A DNA stretch of 50,654 nt from a bacterium (GTDB taxonomy: Bacteria > SAR324 > NAC60-12), in assembly GCA_965205865.1 (NCBI GenBank), contig CBDBHR010000016.1, positions 1 through 50,654 on the forward strand, given 5' to 3'. Below the pieces are notes generated by a model. That model was not told the origin of the DNA. It worked only from the letters and a program-made list of their open reading frames with translations, and searched no databases. The translations under genes were made by a program, and so were the position numbers. Positions 1 through 10,394 of the stretch are shown piece after piece (the stretch's first letter is position 1; each line of letters opens with the position of its first letter).

Positions 1-1
1 T

Positions 2-778
2 CGAGGACACAAAGAAAAGAACCAAAGAAGCCGGCTTCAATGTCAATCCTGCCATCGTTCTTTTTCGGCAACCGTCAATACGATCTTCCATAACAGCAAA
101 CTTTCCTTGAGAAAATGGTTCCTGGGGATCGTTCTCGTTTTGAATGCCAAGAAATCAATTTCAAACCGTCAACTCGGAAGAGACTTGGATTTGAGTGTCA
201 AAACTGCCTGGTCATTCGGGAAACGAATCCGGGAAGCCATGGGAAAAGATGGCGAGCAACAACGTCTATTCAAAGGAATCGTCGAGATGGATGAAACCTA
301 TGTCGGAGGAAAGCCCAGGAAGGAGAACAAGAAGGAAGACAGGGATGATGACAACAAGCGTGGTAGGGGAACAAAAAAGCTTCCTGTTGTAGGTATTGCG
401 GAGCGTAAGGGGGGAGTTGCGGCAGAGCTCTTTGATGACAAGTCCTTATCGAACAAGAATTTCAAAGAGATGCTGAAGGAGCACGTTGACCTGGCGAAGG
501 CTGTTTTGATGACGGATCAATATTCAGGGTACCGAGCAATGAAAGATGAAATATTTCATTATTCTGTTGATCATGAAAAGCAATTCGTAGACGGGAATAT
601 CCACACAAACACGATTGAGAGTTTTTGGAGTCTTTTAAAACGCGCATGGTATGGCCAACATCACTGGTATAGTCGTCGGTATGCGCATCTTTATATCGGC
701 GAATCATGCTTCAAATACAACCATAGACGCAATGAAAACATGTTCACCGATACCTTGAAACTTTGCCTGGGGGGTTGA
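2..778 (+). CDS. IS1595-family (ISXO2-like DDE) transposase, 5' end outside the window
   Basis: The frame is open from position 2 (…LQCQSCHRSFSATVNTIFH, the end of a Zn ribbon). Motifs: VEMDETYVGGK, LMTDQYSGY, HTNTIESFWSLLKR, FKYNHR. Confidence 0.93.
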   Translation, partial: RGHKEKNQRSRLQCQSCHRSFSATVNTIFHNSKLSLRKWFLGIVLVLNAKKSISNRQLGRDLDLSVKTAWSFGKRIREAMGKDGEQQRLFKGIVEMDETYVGGKPRKENKKEDRDDDNKRGRGTKKLPVVGIAERKGGVAAELFDDKSLSNKNFKEMLKEHVDLAKAVLMTDQYSGYRAMKDEIFHYSVDHEKQFVDGNIHTNTIESFWSLLKRAWYGQHHWYSRRYAHLYIGESCFKYNHRRNENMFTDTLKLCLGG

Positions 779-920
779 TATTGACAAAAAATAAACGCCG
801 TGAGATCGTTAAACCTCACGACGTTACAAATGAGCGGATTGCAGAAAGGAATATGCTATTAGTCAAGGAAAGAGACCTAACTTACCATTAATCGCTTAAG
901 CCTTAATGTCTATCATTCCG

Positions 921-1291
921 ATAATATTTTATTCTTTCTTCTTTTTAGAGAAATGCTTGACTTACCATTTTAATCCCTTTATTCTATCTCCGAAAGCGGT
1001 CAGATTTTGTTACATTTGAGCAAGATTTTCACTGCATTTCGTTAAAATACCGTTGGAGATTGGCAAGAAATTTATTAACTTTATGTCCTGAGATTAGGAC
1101 GGGTTGTTCAATAATATTTTATTCTTTCTTCTTTTTAGAGAAATGCTTGACTTACCATTTTAATCCCTTTATTCTATCTCCGAAAGCGGTCAGATTTTGT
1201 TACATTTGAGCATGATTTTCACTGCATTTCGTTAAAATACCGTTAGAGACTGGCAAGAAATTTATTAACTTTATGCCCTGAGATAGGACGG
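921..1291. repeat. Near-perfect direct duplication of a ~182-bp AT-rich segment (921-1102 and 1111-1291, period 190 bp)
   Basis: Both copies run ataatattttattctttc…ctgagat(t)aggacgg with only a few differences. Each contains TTGACT-N17-TATTCT (957-985 and 1147-1175). Confidence 0.95.
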
Positions 1292-1385
1292 AAAAGCATT
1301 AAGGCGATCCTTCGATTTGCCACATCGGCGGACCGTCAGGATGGCATGAAAGTCTGAAATTAACCTGTTTCAAGTATAAAAAATA

Positions 1386-1415
1386 TTGACAATGAGGTGG
1401 CTATGAGAGTATACT
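1386..1415 (+). promoter_or_regulatory. Putative sigma70 promoter for ABC cassette 1
   Basis: TTGACA (1386-1391), 18-bp spacer, TATACT (1410-1415). Confidence 0.5.
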
Positions 1416-1421
1416 TAAAAA

Positions 1422-1549
1422 CCAGTTCCAAGTCACAAGTCACAAGTCCCCAATCCCCAATCCCAAGTTCTACCCCCTTATATTATCTCGACATCAGGGA
1501 GAGATCCTTAAGATTCCTTGTTCCAAGTTCCAAGTCCCACGTTCCAAGA
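1422..1549. repeat. Short heptamer-like tandem repeats (CCAAGTT / CACAAGT / CCCCAAT), two blocks
   Basis: 1422-1470 ccagttccaagtcacaagtcacaagtccccaatccccaatcccaagttc; 1520-1549 gttccaagttccaagtcccacgttccaag. Confidence 0.75.
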
Positions 1550-1605
1550 ACGGAAGAGCAATGGAGAATTTGGAAAATCATCGGCTCCTGAGTGCGTCGG
1601 TTTAT

Positions 1606-1644
1606 GGTTCATTGCCCAATCCTGGAGGCAATGAATCGGTTTTT
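1606..1644 (+). terminator. Intrinsic terminator-like hairpin in the leader of ABC cassette 1 (possible attenuator)
   Basis: Stem ggttcattgcc / ggcaatgaatc followed by gg and a T-tract. Confidence 0.6.
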
Positions 1645-1878
1645 TGATCACTTGAAAATGAAGGAGATCCAATGTGTAGAGCAATCGTCGAGAACCTGCT
1701 TTCGGGAACGAAAGCAGGTTTTAAAACCACCCGAAATCTTGTTTTTAATCAAAAATCAGAAAGGAGCATGATGAACCGTCATAAAAGTAGAGAAATCGTC
1801 GACAACGTGCCTTCGGGAACGAAAGCATGTTTCAAATCAATCCTTAATATTTTTAAACATTCAAACGGAGAATCTCGT

Positions 1879-3680
1879 ATGTTTAATCAAAGAAGCAGTT
1901 CAAAATTGAGCGCAACCCTGTTGGCTCTTATCCTGGGAGCAAGCGTCCTTTGGGTTAGTCCGGCTGTGGCTGCCGAGAAAAAGATGGTCAAAGATCCGAC
2001 CACTGGTAAAATGGTGACTGCTACCTGAGTACGGCGGCACCCTCACTATCCCGGGCAAGAACGAGCTGTTGGACCAGGACCCGTCGATCGGCGGACACTG
2101 GGCCGCCTTTCAGATCTCAGGGGTCCAAGAAAAGCTGGCGATCCTCGACTGGGCCACGCCACGAGACGTGTTTGCAGATGAATATTCTATTACCAACCGC
2201 CCGAGCTCTTGACCGGTTGGCTGGCAGAGAGTTGGTCGAATCCCGATCCCCAAGACGTTCATCGTCAAGATCAAGCAGGGGGTCAAATGGCACAACAAGG
2301 CGCCAGTCGACGGCCGCGAGCTGACCGCTGAAGACGTCGCCTGGACCTACCGCCGCATCGGTGGCCTGCTCGACTGGAAGCCGGAGTACACCTACGTGTT
2401 GCGCAATTTTCCGTGGCAGTCCATCGAGGCCACCGACCGGTACACGGTCGTGTTCAAGTTAACCGAGCCGCGCATGGACCTGGCAGACTCGGTGCTTTTG
2501 AGAGGTCGGCACCTGGATCCTGCCGCCGGAGGTCATTGAACAGCACGGCAACTACTCCGACTGGCGTAACGTGGTCGGCACCGGAGCTTACCAGCTGGAT
2601 GACTTCCAACCAGGGTGTGCGCAAGCGGTGGGTGCGTAATCCCAACTACCATGGGGCTTCGACGAGAAGTACCCGGACAACAAGCTGCCCTACATCGATG
2701 AGATCATCTCTCTCTCACATGGAAGAAGAGGCGACCGCCACGGCCGCGCTGCGCACCGGTCAGTTAGACATGCTCAATATCGGCGGTGGCATCACGCTGA
2801 CCACCTTCGAAGCGGTGAATGCCGTCCAGAAGACCAACCCCGACATTGCAGGTATTCCCGTACTACATTCGGGCGCTGCAGGTGTCCGGTATGAATATCC
2901 GCAGACCGCCCTTCGACGATATCCGCGTGCGCAAGGCCATGAACATGGCCATCGACCGCGCCGCGATAAACGAGAGCTACTACGGAGGCTACGCCTACCC
3001 GACCGTGCAGGGCTTCGTCGGCGCCGGGCTGGGACCCCTCCACACACCGTTCGAGGAGTGGCCCGCGGATCTGCAGGCCGAGTACTCTTACAATCCGGAG
3101 GAAGGCAGAGCAATTGCTTGACGAGGCCGGGCTTCCGCGTGGTGCGGACGGGGTGCGATTGCGGGTCACCTACGACCACCGCGATGTCATCGACCTCGGT
3201 TGGCTCGAGATCGTGGCCAGCTACTGGAAGGAGATCGGCGTGGAGGTGGAGATCAACGTCATGGACACCGGCGCCTGGGCCGATCGCGGTTCCCGCGGTC
3301 TCTACGAGATGAGGACCGGCGACTCGGGCTGGGATCTGGCTCCGGCGCACATCATGAGCTTCTACGGCCACGCGTTGAACTCTTCGGACCAGTCGGGTGA
3401 ATATGCCGGCGGGGTCGAGGACGCGACCATGAGTCGGCTCTACGAGGCGTTCAACGCAGCGACCAGCAAGGAAGCGTGGATCCCGATCATGAAAGAGTTC
3501 AACGAGTACATCATGCGGCAGCACTTCCAGGTCTATGGCCACAAGGCGCCGCTGTTCCAGCTGGCCCATCCCTGGGTCAAAGGGTTCAACGGCGAGACGC
3601 AACTGCATGGCGCGGAGGAGCACCTGGCTCTCACGCGGATCTGGCTCGACCAGGACCTGAAGCGGGAAATGGGGTACTGA
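1879..3680 (+). pseudogene. Family 5 (DppA/OppA-type) ABC substrate-binding protein, several frameshifts
   Basis: Signal peptide then AAEKKMVKDPTTGKMVTA[frameshift]PEYGGTL. Later fragments (PFDDIRVRKAMNMAIDR, PWVKGFNGE…RIWLDQDLKREMG) align with the intact paralog at 16417-18210. Confidence 0.88.
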
Positions 3681-3709
3681 CCCCGCCGGCAACACGGTCG
3701 AACAGAGGT

Positions 3710-3741
3710 GGGGTGGAGGGAACGACCTGCCACCCCTTTTT
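3710..3741 (+). terminator. Intercistronic hairpin plus T-tract between the SBP and permease genes
   Basis: ggggtggagg…cctgccacccc followed by ttttt. Confidence 0.55.
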
Positions 3742-3772
3742 CTTGCACAACCGAGTGTGGAGGTAAACTGAC

Positions 3773-4743
3773 GTGCGTGCATATCTGATCAGGCGGGTGC
3801 TGCTGGTCATCCCGACCCTCTTCATCGTCACCATCCTCGTGTTTCTCTCGGTGCGCTTCATTCCCGGCAACATCATCGAGGTGATGGTCGCTCGGATGGG
3901 CTACGAAGGCGGCGGCACGATCGACATTGATGCCGCAAAGAAGCGGCTCGGGCTCGACGTCCCCTTTTACGTGCAGTACTCGCGGTGGATCGGAGGCATC
4001 GTCGTGCGTGGCACTCTCGGCAGATCGCTGTATGGCGGCTCGAGCGGCTACACGGTGGAGGCGATGATGGCCCCGCGGATAGGCGTGACTCTCGAGCTCG
4101 GGCTGTTGGCAATCCTGACCGGTCTGATCATCGCGGTGCCGGTCGGTATCTATTCGGCGATTCGGCAGTACACGGTGGCTGACTACCTGGGTCGCTCAGT
4201 GGCGATCATCGGTCTGGCGACTCCGAACTTCTGGCTTGCGCTGCTTGTCATCATCTACCCGGCTATCTGGTGGGGTTGGACGCCCCAAATCGTGTACGTC
4301 CCCTTCGGCGTCGATCCACTGGCCAACCTCTCCATATTCATCTTTCCCGCCCTGATCCTGGGAACCTACCTGGCGGCCAGCACCATGCGCATGACCCGCA
4401 CGATGATGCTGGAAGTCCTGCGTCAGGATTACGTGAGGACGGCCTGGGCCAAGGGCCTGCAAGGAGCGCAAGAGTGGTGCTGCGCCACGCGGTCAAGAAC
4501 GCCCTCATCCCGGTCGTCACGTTGATCGGCCTGCAGATCCCCATCATCGCCGGTGGCTCGGTCATCATGGAGAACATCTTCAATTTGCCCGGGCTCGGGC
4601 GCTTGATGCTGGACGCGCTCAACAACCGCGACTACCCGGTGGTGTCCGGCGCGAACCTGTTCTTCGCCTTGGTCGTGGTAATGATCAACCTGATCACCGA
4701 CCTGACGTACGCCTTCCTGGATCCGAGGATTCGCTATGAGTGA
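3773..4743 (+). pseudogene. DppB/OppB-type ABC permease, one frameshift near 4460
   Basis: MRAYLIRRVLLVIPTL…EVLRQDYVRTAWAKGL in one frame, continuing as RVVLRHAVKNALIPV…DPRIRYE in another. Confidence 0.9.
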
Positions 4744-5722
4744 GCCACTCCCAGTCGATCATGAAGAGAGCACATCGGACGCTCCCGCAGCCGAACGTCG
4801 TCGACCCGTTGCGAGCTTTTTCCACCGGCTCCTGAAGGAGCAACCGCTGGGAGCGGCTGCCGGCATCGTCGTCCTGGCGCTGGTCTTCGTCGCCATCTTT
4901 GCGGAGCAGCTGACGCCCTACGAGTACGACATCGGCCGCATACGAGAGCGGATGAAGGGGCCGTCGCTCGAGCACCCGCTCGGCACCGACCATGCCGGCC
5001 GCGACGTTCTGGCTCGAATCTTGAAGGGCGCTCAAGTATCGCTGCTAGTGGGACTGACGGCGACCGTGCTGAACACGATGGTCGCGCTGCTGGTTGGCGG
5101 CACCACGGGATTCATCGGTGGACGGGTCGACGTCTACACCCAGCGCTTCGTCGATGCGTGGATGTCGTTCCCGGGATTGCTGTTGCTGCTCACCATCATG
5201 TCGTTAGTAGATCGAAGCATCGTCACGGTCATCGTGGTGCTCGGCGTGACCGGTGGCATCCCCGCCTCGCGGGTGGTACGCGGCGCGGTGATCGGCATCA
5301 AGGAGAACGACTACTTTCTGGCAGCGAAGGCCGTGGGTACTCCAGCGATCCGGATCCTGTTAAGGCATGTACTGCCCAATATCGCCGCACCGCTCATTGT
5401 CATCTTCAGCATCAACGTCGGCGCCGTCATCATTGCCGAGGCCTCACTGAGTTTCCTGGGATTCGGCTTGCCGGTGAACGTACCCAGCTGGGGCGGTATG
5501 CTGAGCCGAGAGGGTCGCAGGTACATGGAACTGGCGCCACGGTTGGCGCTCTGGCCCGGGCTTTGCCTGACCATGACCGTCTACTGTCTCAACATGTTCG
5601 GCGACGCCATGCGGGACCTGCTCGATCCCCGACTTCGTGGTGGTCAGGGCAGTTACGGCGCTGCAAAGAGGAAACGCAAACGAAGCTTCCTGGCCCGGCT
5701 GCTTTCCCCTTTCAACTGGTAA
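4736..5722 (+). CDS. DppC/OppC-type ABC permease
   Basis: HPLGTDHAGRDVLARI, ENDYFLAAKAVG, HVLPNI, EASLSFLGFG, FGDAMRDLLDPR. Confidence 0.93.
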   Translation: MSEPLPVDHEESTSDAPAAERRRPVASFFHRLLKEQPLGAAAGIVVLALVFVAIFAEQLTPYEYDIGRIRERMKGPSLEHPLGTDHAGRDVLARILKGAQVSLLVGLTATVLNTMVALLVGGTTGFIGGRVDVYTQRFVDAWMSFPGLLLLLTIMSLVDRSIVTVIVVLGVTGGIPASRVVRGAVIGIKENDYFLAAKAVGTPAIRILLRHVLPNIAAPLIVIFSINVGAVIIAEASLSFLGFGLPVNVPSWGGMLSREGRRYMELAPRLALWPGLCLTMTVYCLNMFGDAMRDLLDPRLRGGQGSYGAAKRKRKRSFLARLLSPFNW

Positions 5723-5751
5723 GGGGATCAGGATCAATAATAAACTAATTG

Positions 5752-6281
5752 GTAGAGTAGCAGACAGGCATCGCATTTTCAGACACGGCTTATCAGTTTC
5801 CCGCCCTTTCATCTGACGGTGCCTGAATATCCGAATCGTGCGTGTTCCACCAGTCCGACCTCATCAAACCGCGCATATGGTTTTCCCAGCTTTCCGATGT
5901 TCTTCATGTCAAAGCATGCGCTTTTTTCCAAAGAGCTGAAGTCGGGATTTTATAAAGCCCGTTCTTCCAGCCCAGCGAGCAACCCGCTCACCCCTTCTCC
6001 ACTCTCTATTGCGCTGAAACTCACCCCGTCTATGCCGGGAGAACCTTGATTGGCAAAGCTCTCCCTGTGAATTCCATTGTCTGCTCGGCAGATAGCAGCC
6101 TTCCCCTTCTGACCACAGGGTCGGCGCTTTCGGCTTGAGTTTCGAGGCTATCTCCAGGTTCACTTTCGTTACGGCCCGTTGTTTTGCCTGAAGGAACTCA
6201 CAACCCGGAATTACTCCCAGTTCACTTTCGTTACGGCCCGTTGTTTTGCCTGAAGGAACTCACAACCCGGAATTACTCCCA
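5752..6281 (-). mobile_element. Decayed group II intron (5' end missing, RT ORF mostly deleted, domain V damaged)
   Basis: Minus strand: domain I motif GCGCCGACCCTGTGGTCAGAAGGGGAAGGC; RT0 remnant ANQGSPGIDGVSF (~6012-6050); IEP end AHALT*; partial domain V GGAAAGC…GGGAAAACCATATGCGCGGTTTGATGAGG; 3' end CTACTCTAC at 5752. Confidence 0.85.
6158..6281. repeat. Perfect 62-bp tandem duplication inside the intron remnant
   Basis: gttcactttcgttacggcccg…ggaattactccca at 6158-6219 and 6220-6281. Confidence 0.95.
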
Positions 6282-6483
6282 CCTTGCTGATAGGTTATTG
6301 GTTGCTCTTTATTTACCAGCAAAAAGTGATGGTCTTGGCAATTCAATTATTCAACTCCTGATTCACATATTATTGTCAGCAACTCAAGGGTTGCTTGATC
6401 GAATCATGCAAAAAAACATTTAGGAAGTCTGGCCTGAAATTATAAAGAATGATATACATTACCCTATGTTTATGACTATAGTA

Positions 6484-8179
6484 CCTAAATCCTGCAATTA
6501 GATGACAATCAAACATGGAAATGGTAATATACTCAAATAGTTAACAGCAGAATCAACATTTTAAGAGATCACCATTACCATGAAAAACAAAGGTAGCGCA
6601 AGATCGGCAAGAACGACAGCAAAAAACATCCATATCAGCCAGGGAGGCAGAGACCTGACCGCGCAAGCAGGCTTGATTCCGGTTGTCAAATTTTTTCACA
6701 AAGAAGGGATTGTTTCAAAGACAGAGCAGACCGTAGATCATCGGCGTGGCGCCACGGGTCTTTATGACGCGGTGGACATGGTCATTTTGTCGGTGGTCGG
6801 CATTGTTGGTGGCGCCCGTTCGATTCGTTCGATTGTGACAGTTTGGAACGACCGTGTTTTGAGTCGTGTGGCCGGTTGGCTGAGGATTCCGGATGAAACC
6901 ACATTCGGCCGGATACTGCGTACTTTCACACAGAAAAACATCAATGAGATGGAGAGCTTGAACCATCGGATTCGAGCCGGTATCTGGCGTAAGGCGCTTC
7001 GAAGTGGGACAAGCATCGTTGGGGTGTTACACTGTCTTGTGATTGACGTGGACTCCACTGTGAAAACGGCCTACGGCAAGCAGCAAGGAGTGTCTGTCGG
7101 ATATAATCCCCACAAACGCGGTGCAGCTTCGTATCATCCTCTGCTGGCATTTTGCGCAGAGACAAAGGAGATTCTTCAGGGTTGGCTTCGTGATGGGAGT
7201 GCCTATACCAGCAATGGAGTCGTTGAATTCATGCGGCAACTTCTCGCTCACCTTCCAAATCGGACTCGCACTCTGTTTCGTGGAGACAGTGGTTTTTTTG
7301 TGGGGGATTTGCTGGATTTCCTCGAAGAACGAGGCCATGGCTATCTGATCAAGGTCAAACTCAAGGGGCTTGTCTCGTTGTTGGAAACCCAAAAATGGCA
7401 AAAAGTGAAGGGGCAGCCCGCTTGGGAAGGGTGTGAGTTTTCCCACCAATGTGAAACTTGGAGGAGGTCAAGAAAATTCATGGCCGTACGCAGGGAGAAA
7501 GAGGAGGAACTCAAAGGGATGGCCACCCTCTTTGAGATGAAGGAGTACGATTATTTTTGTTATGTTCTCACTGACGCGCTCACTCCCTGGCAGGCTCACA
7601 AAGAGTATGGCCAAAGGGCGGTCGCTGAGACATGGATTGAGGAAGCAAAAAATCAAACTGCGCTGGCTCAGATTAAAACCGACGATTTTTGGGCCAACAG
7701 TGCCTTGTTCCAATGCGCGATACTCGCTTACAACACGCTGCGCTGGATGGCCCTTTGTAGTGGTAACGCAATACTGCGCCGTTGGGAACCGGCCACCATG
7801 CGCACCTATCTTGTCCGAATGGCAGGAAAATGGACGAGTGGCGCTCGTCAACAAAAACTGAGAGTTCCGGAAAGAACACTTTACAATGCTCAATGGGATG
7901 CATGGGTCGCTGTTGGAGAGACCTGGAACCTTTGTTTCACTCCAGTGGATACATTTTGCTGAGATGTAGATTCCCAAATCCAGGGAGAAGTACGTCTTGA
8001 ATCTTGTGCCCGCGAAAGCGGGTATCAGATCATCACAAAATATGACGATCTAATGGAGGGCGGAAAAACCTTTATGAGCAAGGACTGATGGAAATTCAAC
8101 TCTCAAATCCTTTTTTTTAAAAAAACCTCTCAAAGAGTGGGGGGAAACTCAATCAAAATATTCAATTGCAGGATTTAGG
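6484..8179 (+). mobile_element. IS1380-family insertion sequence
   Basis: Perfect 16-bp terminal inverted repeats cctaaatcctgcaatt (6484-6499) / aattgcaggatttagg (8164-8179) around the transposase. Confidence 0.92.
6580..7962 (+). CDS. IS1380-family DDE transposase
   Basis: LTAQAGL, IDVDST, YHPLLAF, LRDGSAYT, FRGDSGFF, QRAVAETWIEEAK, LAYN. Confidence 0.95.
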   Translation: MKNKGSARSARTTAKNIHISQGGRDLTAQAGLIPVVKFFHKEGIVSKTEQTVDHRRGATGLYDAVDMVILSVVGIVGGARSIRSIVTVWNDRVLSRVAGWLRIPDETTFGRILRTFTQKNINEMESLNHRIRAGIWRKALRSGTSIVGVLHCLVIDVDSTVKTAYGKQQGVSVGYNPHKRGAASYHPLLAFCAETKEILQGWLRDGSAYTSNGVVEFMRQLLAHLPNRTRTLFRGDSGFFVGDLLDFLEERGHGYLIKVKLKGLVSLLETQKWQKVKGQPAWEGCEFSHQCETWRRSRKFMAVRREKEEELKGMATLFEMKEYDYFCYVLTDALTPWQAHKEYGQRAVAETWIEEAKNQTALAQIKTDDFWANSALFQCAILAYNTLRWMALCSGNAILRRWEPATMRTYLVRMAGKWTSGARQQKLRVPERTLYNAQWDAWVAVGETWNLCFTPVDTFC

Positions 8180-8408
8180 TATTATAGAAAAACGCTAATT
8201 ATCAAGTATTTTATTGATAATGTTCAAAATTATGATAGAAAATCTTCATCGAAGAACAAGATCTGACTAAGGAACTGGACCAAAGCATGCTGGATGCTGC
8301 AAAAGAATTAAGGAAATTGGTACCTGAAATAAGAACAGATTATCATGCATTGAAAGAGAAAGGGAAGAAAAATGAAAAATATTAAATTACGAACTGAATA
8401 GGAGAAAT

Positions 8409-8699
8409 ATGGATATTAACAAAGAAATTACGAAAAAATACATAGAATCTTTTTTAAAAGAATATGATCCTGAACAAAAATATATACCATTTAGTATTAT
8501 GGTAATGGCTTTGACAAGTCTTATTGTCTGGAGAGAAAAAGGATTAACAATAGGAAACACCGAATCTGAAATAAAAAAAGAAATTAAAAGAGTGTTACGA
8601 ACAACTTCATCATCTTTAAATACTGATGAACAACATCTATTAGATTTTCTCACAATTAGTACTATTGATTTTTATAAAGAATTGCATAAAAATTCCTAG
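8409..8699 (+). CDS. Hypothetical protein, 96 aa, very AT-rich
   Basis: ATG with AGGAGA RBS; no recognisable motif. Confidence 0.55.
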   Translation: MDINKEITKKYIESFLKEYDPEQKYIPFSIMVMALTSLIVWREKGLTIGNTESEIKKEIKRVLRTTSSSLNTDEQHLLDFLTISTIDFYKELHKNS

Positions 8700-8711
8700 A
8701 GGAAAGGGTAA

Positions 8712-8906
8712 ACAATAAGAGGACCAAAAGGAGAAAAACGCCCGGCCAACATAATAGCCAGGTCCGTGATGATTGCGCAGATCGCCACCGGTGAGATTGA
8801 AGACACTCATTATGAACAGCCTAACAGGGTCAAAGGTGGCAAGGCCGGAGGGAAAGCCCGCGCTGAGAAAGTGATCAACAATCAGTTAACTCTGGAGACC
8901 GAGAAA
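8712..8906 (+). pseudogene. Remnant of a small basic mobile-element-associated protein, in frame with the MTase
   Basis: RGPKGEKRPANIIARSVMIAQIATGEIED…KGGKAGGKARAEK resembles the small GPKGEKRPAD…IATGE…GGKARA proteins I recall next to transposases. The C-terminus is missing. Confidence 0.6.
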
Positions 8907-10394
8907 ATGCAAGATGATTTACAGAGATCATTTGATTTCTATGAGAAAGATTCTGTCGGTGTTTATCTACCACCTCAAAGTTACAAAGGACTATCAGGCT
9001 TCCACAAATATTGGGGGAAGAAGCCTACTGAGACCTGGCGATTTCTTATAGAAAATCTCACTGAACAGGGAGATATAGTTTTGGACCCATTTCTTGGTTC
9101 TGGGCTTATAGCTAAGGAATGTGCTGATCGAGAACGCCGATTTATCGGTTTTGATATCAATCCGATTAGCATTGAACTAACAAAACTTTATCTACAACCA
9201 CCACAATACGTAGATTTGAGAAACGCGATTCATGAGATTGACAGAAACTTGAAGGCTACTATTAACTCAACTTATCTGTTATCGGATGGAAATATAGCTA
9301 CTCATTTTCTATGGAAGAAAGATCGAATAATTAAGGTGTGGACTAAAAACGGCAGAAAGCGAGTCGAACTTAATGTAGACAAAGAAGAAATTGACAAGAT
9401 CCAGAATGCAAAAACATATAAGCCAATAAAACTAAGAAATCTGCGGTTATTTGACAACTCCAGAATAAATTCCAAAAAAGGCCTTTCAGTCACAGTACTC
9501 TTCACACCTCGGGCGTTGCGGACGATTGATTTAATTAAAACTGAAATAGAAGGGTATTCTAGTGCATTAAAGAGAGCATTGCAGCTTATACTCTCGTCAT
9601 CTTTGGGACAAATGTCGAACATGGTATTTGCCATCTCAAAGAGAGGGAAAACCAAAGGTAAGAAAGCCGACAGGATTGAAGTTGGTAGTTGGGTAATTGG
9701 GTATTGGCGCCCCGATATGCACTTTGAGATTAACGCTTGGAATTGTTACGAGAACAAAGCCCATAAGCTGTTAAAAGCAATTGATGAATTGAGAATAACT
9801 CAACAGACCAATATTTCACCAAGTTTAGGGTTTTTCTTACAAGGACAAGAAGCCACATTTATACACAAGGGCGACTCCGAGATACTTCTGAAAGATATAC
9901 CTACAAGCACAATCAAGGTGATATTGACAGACCCGCCTCATGGCGATAGAATTCCATATCTAGAACTCAGTGAGTTGTGGAACGGCGTCATAGGTCTTGA
10001 TTCAAACTACGAAGAAGAACTCGTTGTCTCAGATGCGAAGGAGCGTGGCAAAGACCTAAATGCCTATAACAATAAACTTTCATCGATATTTCATGAGTGT
10101 TCTCGTGTATTGAAAAAAAATGGATTATTGGCTGTGATATTTAATTCAAGATTGAAGAACTATTGGAATAGTCTTCACGAGTTAGAAGAGGCTTCAAGCC
10201 TTGCATACCTAGGGTGTTATCCGATGGAATATTCGGCAGGATCAGTTATCCAAGATAACAGAGAAGGTAGTCTAAAAACTGATTTTGTGTTGCTGTACGG
10301 CAAGGATATCAGCGAAGATTATAGGATAAAAATTCTGGAGATTTTTGCCGCTTTAAAGGAATGGTCGCTTGAGTATCCAAAGAAGGTTTGTTAA
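8907..10394 (+). CDS. Amino (N4-C/N6-A) DNA methyltransferase of a type II R-M system
   Basis: HKYWGKKP, motif I VLDPFLGSG, motif IV ILTDPPH (motif I before IV), ECSRVLK. The likely start is ATG 8907; the ORF track starts at 8766. Confidence 0.9.
   Translation: MQDDLQRSFDFYEKDSVGVYLPPQSYKGLSGFHKYWGKKPTETWRFLIENLTEQGDIVLDPFLGSGLIAKECADRERRFIGFDINPISIELTKLYLQPPQYVDLRNAIHEIDRNLKATINSTYLLSDGNIATHFLWKKDRIIKVWTKNGRKRVELNVDKEEIDKIQNAKTYKPIKLRNLRLFDNSRINSKKGLSVTVLFTPRALRTIDLIKTEIEGYSSALKRALQLILSSSLGQMSNMVFAISKRGKTKGKKADRIEVGSWVIGYWRPDMHFEINAWNCYENKAHKLLKAIDELRITQQTNISPSLGFFLQGQEATFIHKGDSEILLKDIPTSTIKVILTDPPHGDRIPYLELSELWNGVIGLDSNYEEELVVSDAKERGKDLNAYNNKLSSIFHECSRVLKKNGLLAVIFNSRLKNYWNSLHELEEASSLAYLGCYPMEYSAGSVIQDNREGSLKTDFVLLYGKDISEDYRIKILEIFAALKEWSLEYPKKVC

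Noticed and set aside
1493-1591. Canonical glycine riboswitch
   Set aside because: It lacks the conserved CUCUCAGG and the exact GAAGG core; kept only as a speculative finding.
1879-4743. Frameshifts in cassette 1 (and cassette 3) as programmed recoding or phase variation
   Set aside because: The indels are scattered, mostly not at slippery motifs, and cluster toward both window ends. Sequencing error or simple decay is more likely; the pseudogene calls need read-level confirmation.
5752-6281. RT fragment plus duplication as a DGR or retron
   Set aside because: The RT piece is group II intron RT0 flanked by intron domains, and the 62-bp copies are identical with no adenine-specific variation.
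6476-8187. Target-site duplication for IS1380
   Set aside because: Only TA is shared on both flanks; no convincing 4-5 bp duplication.
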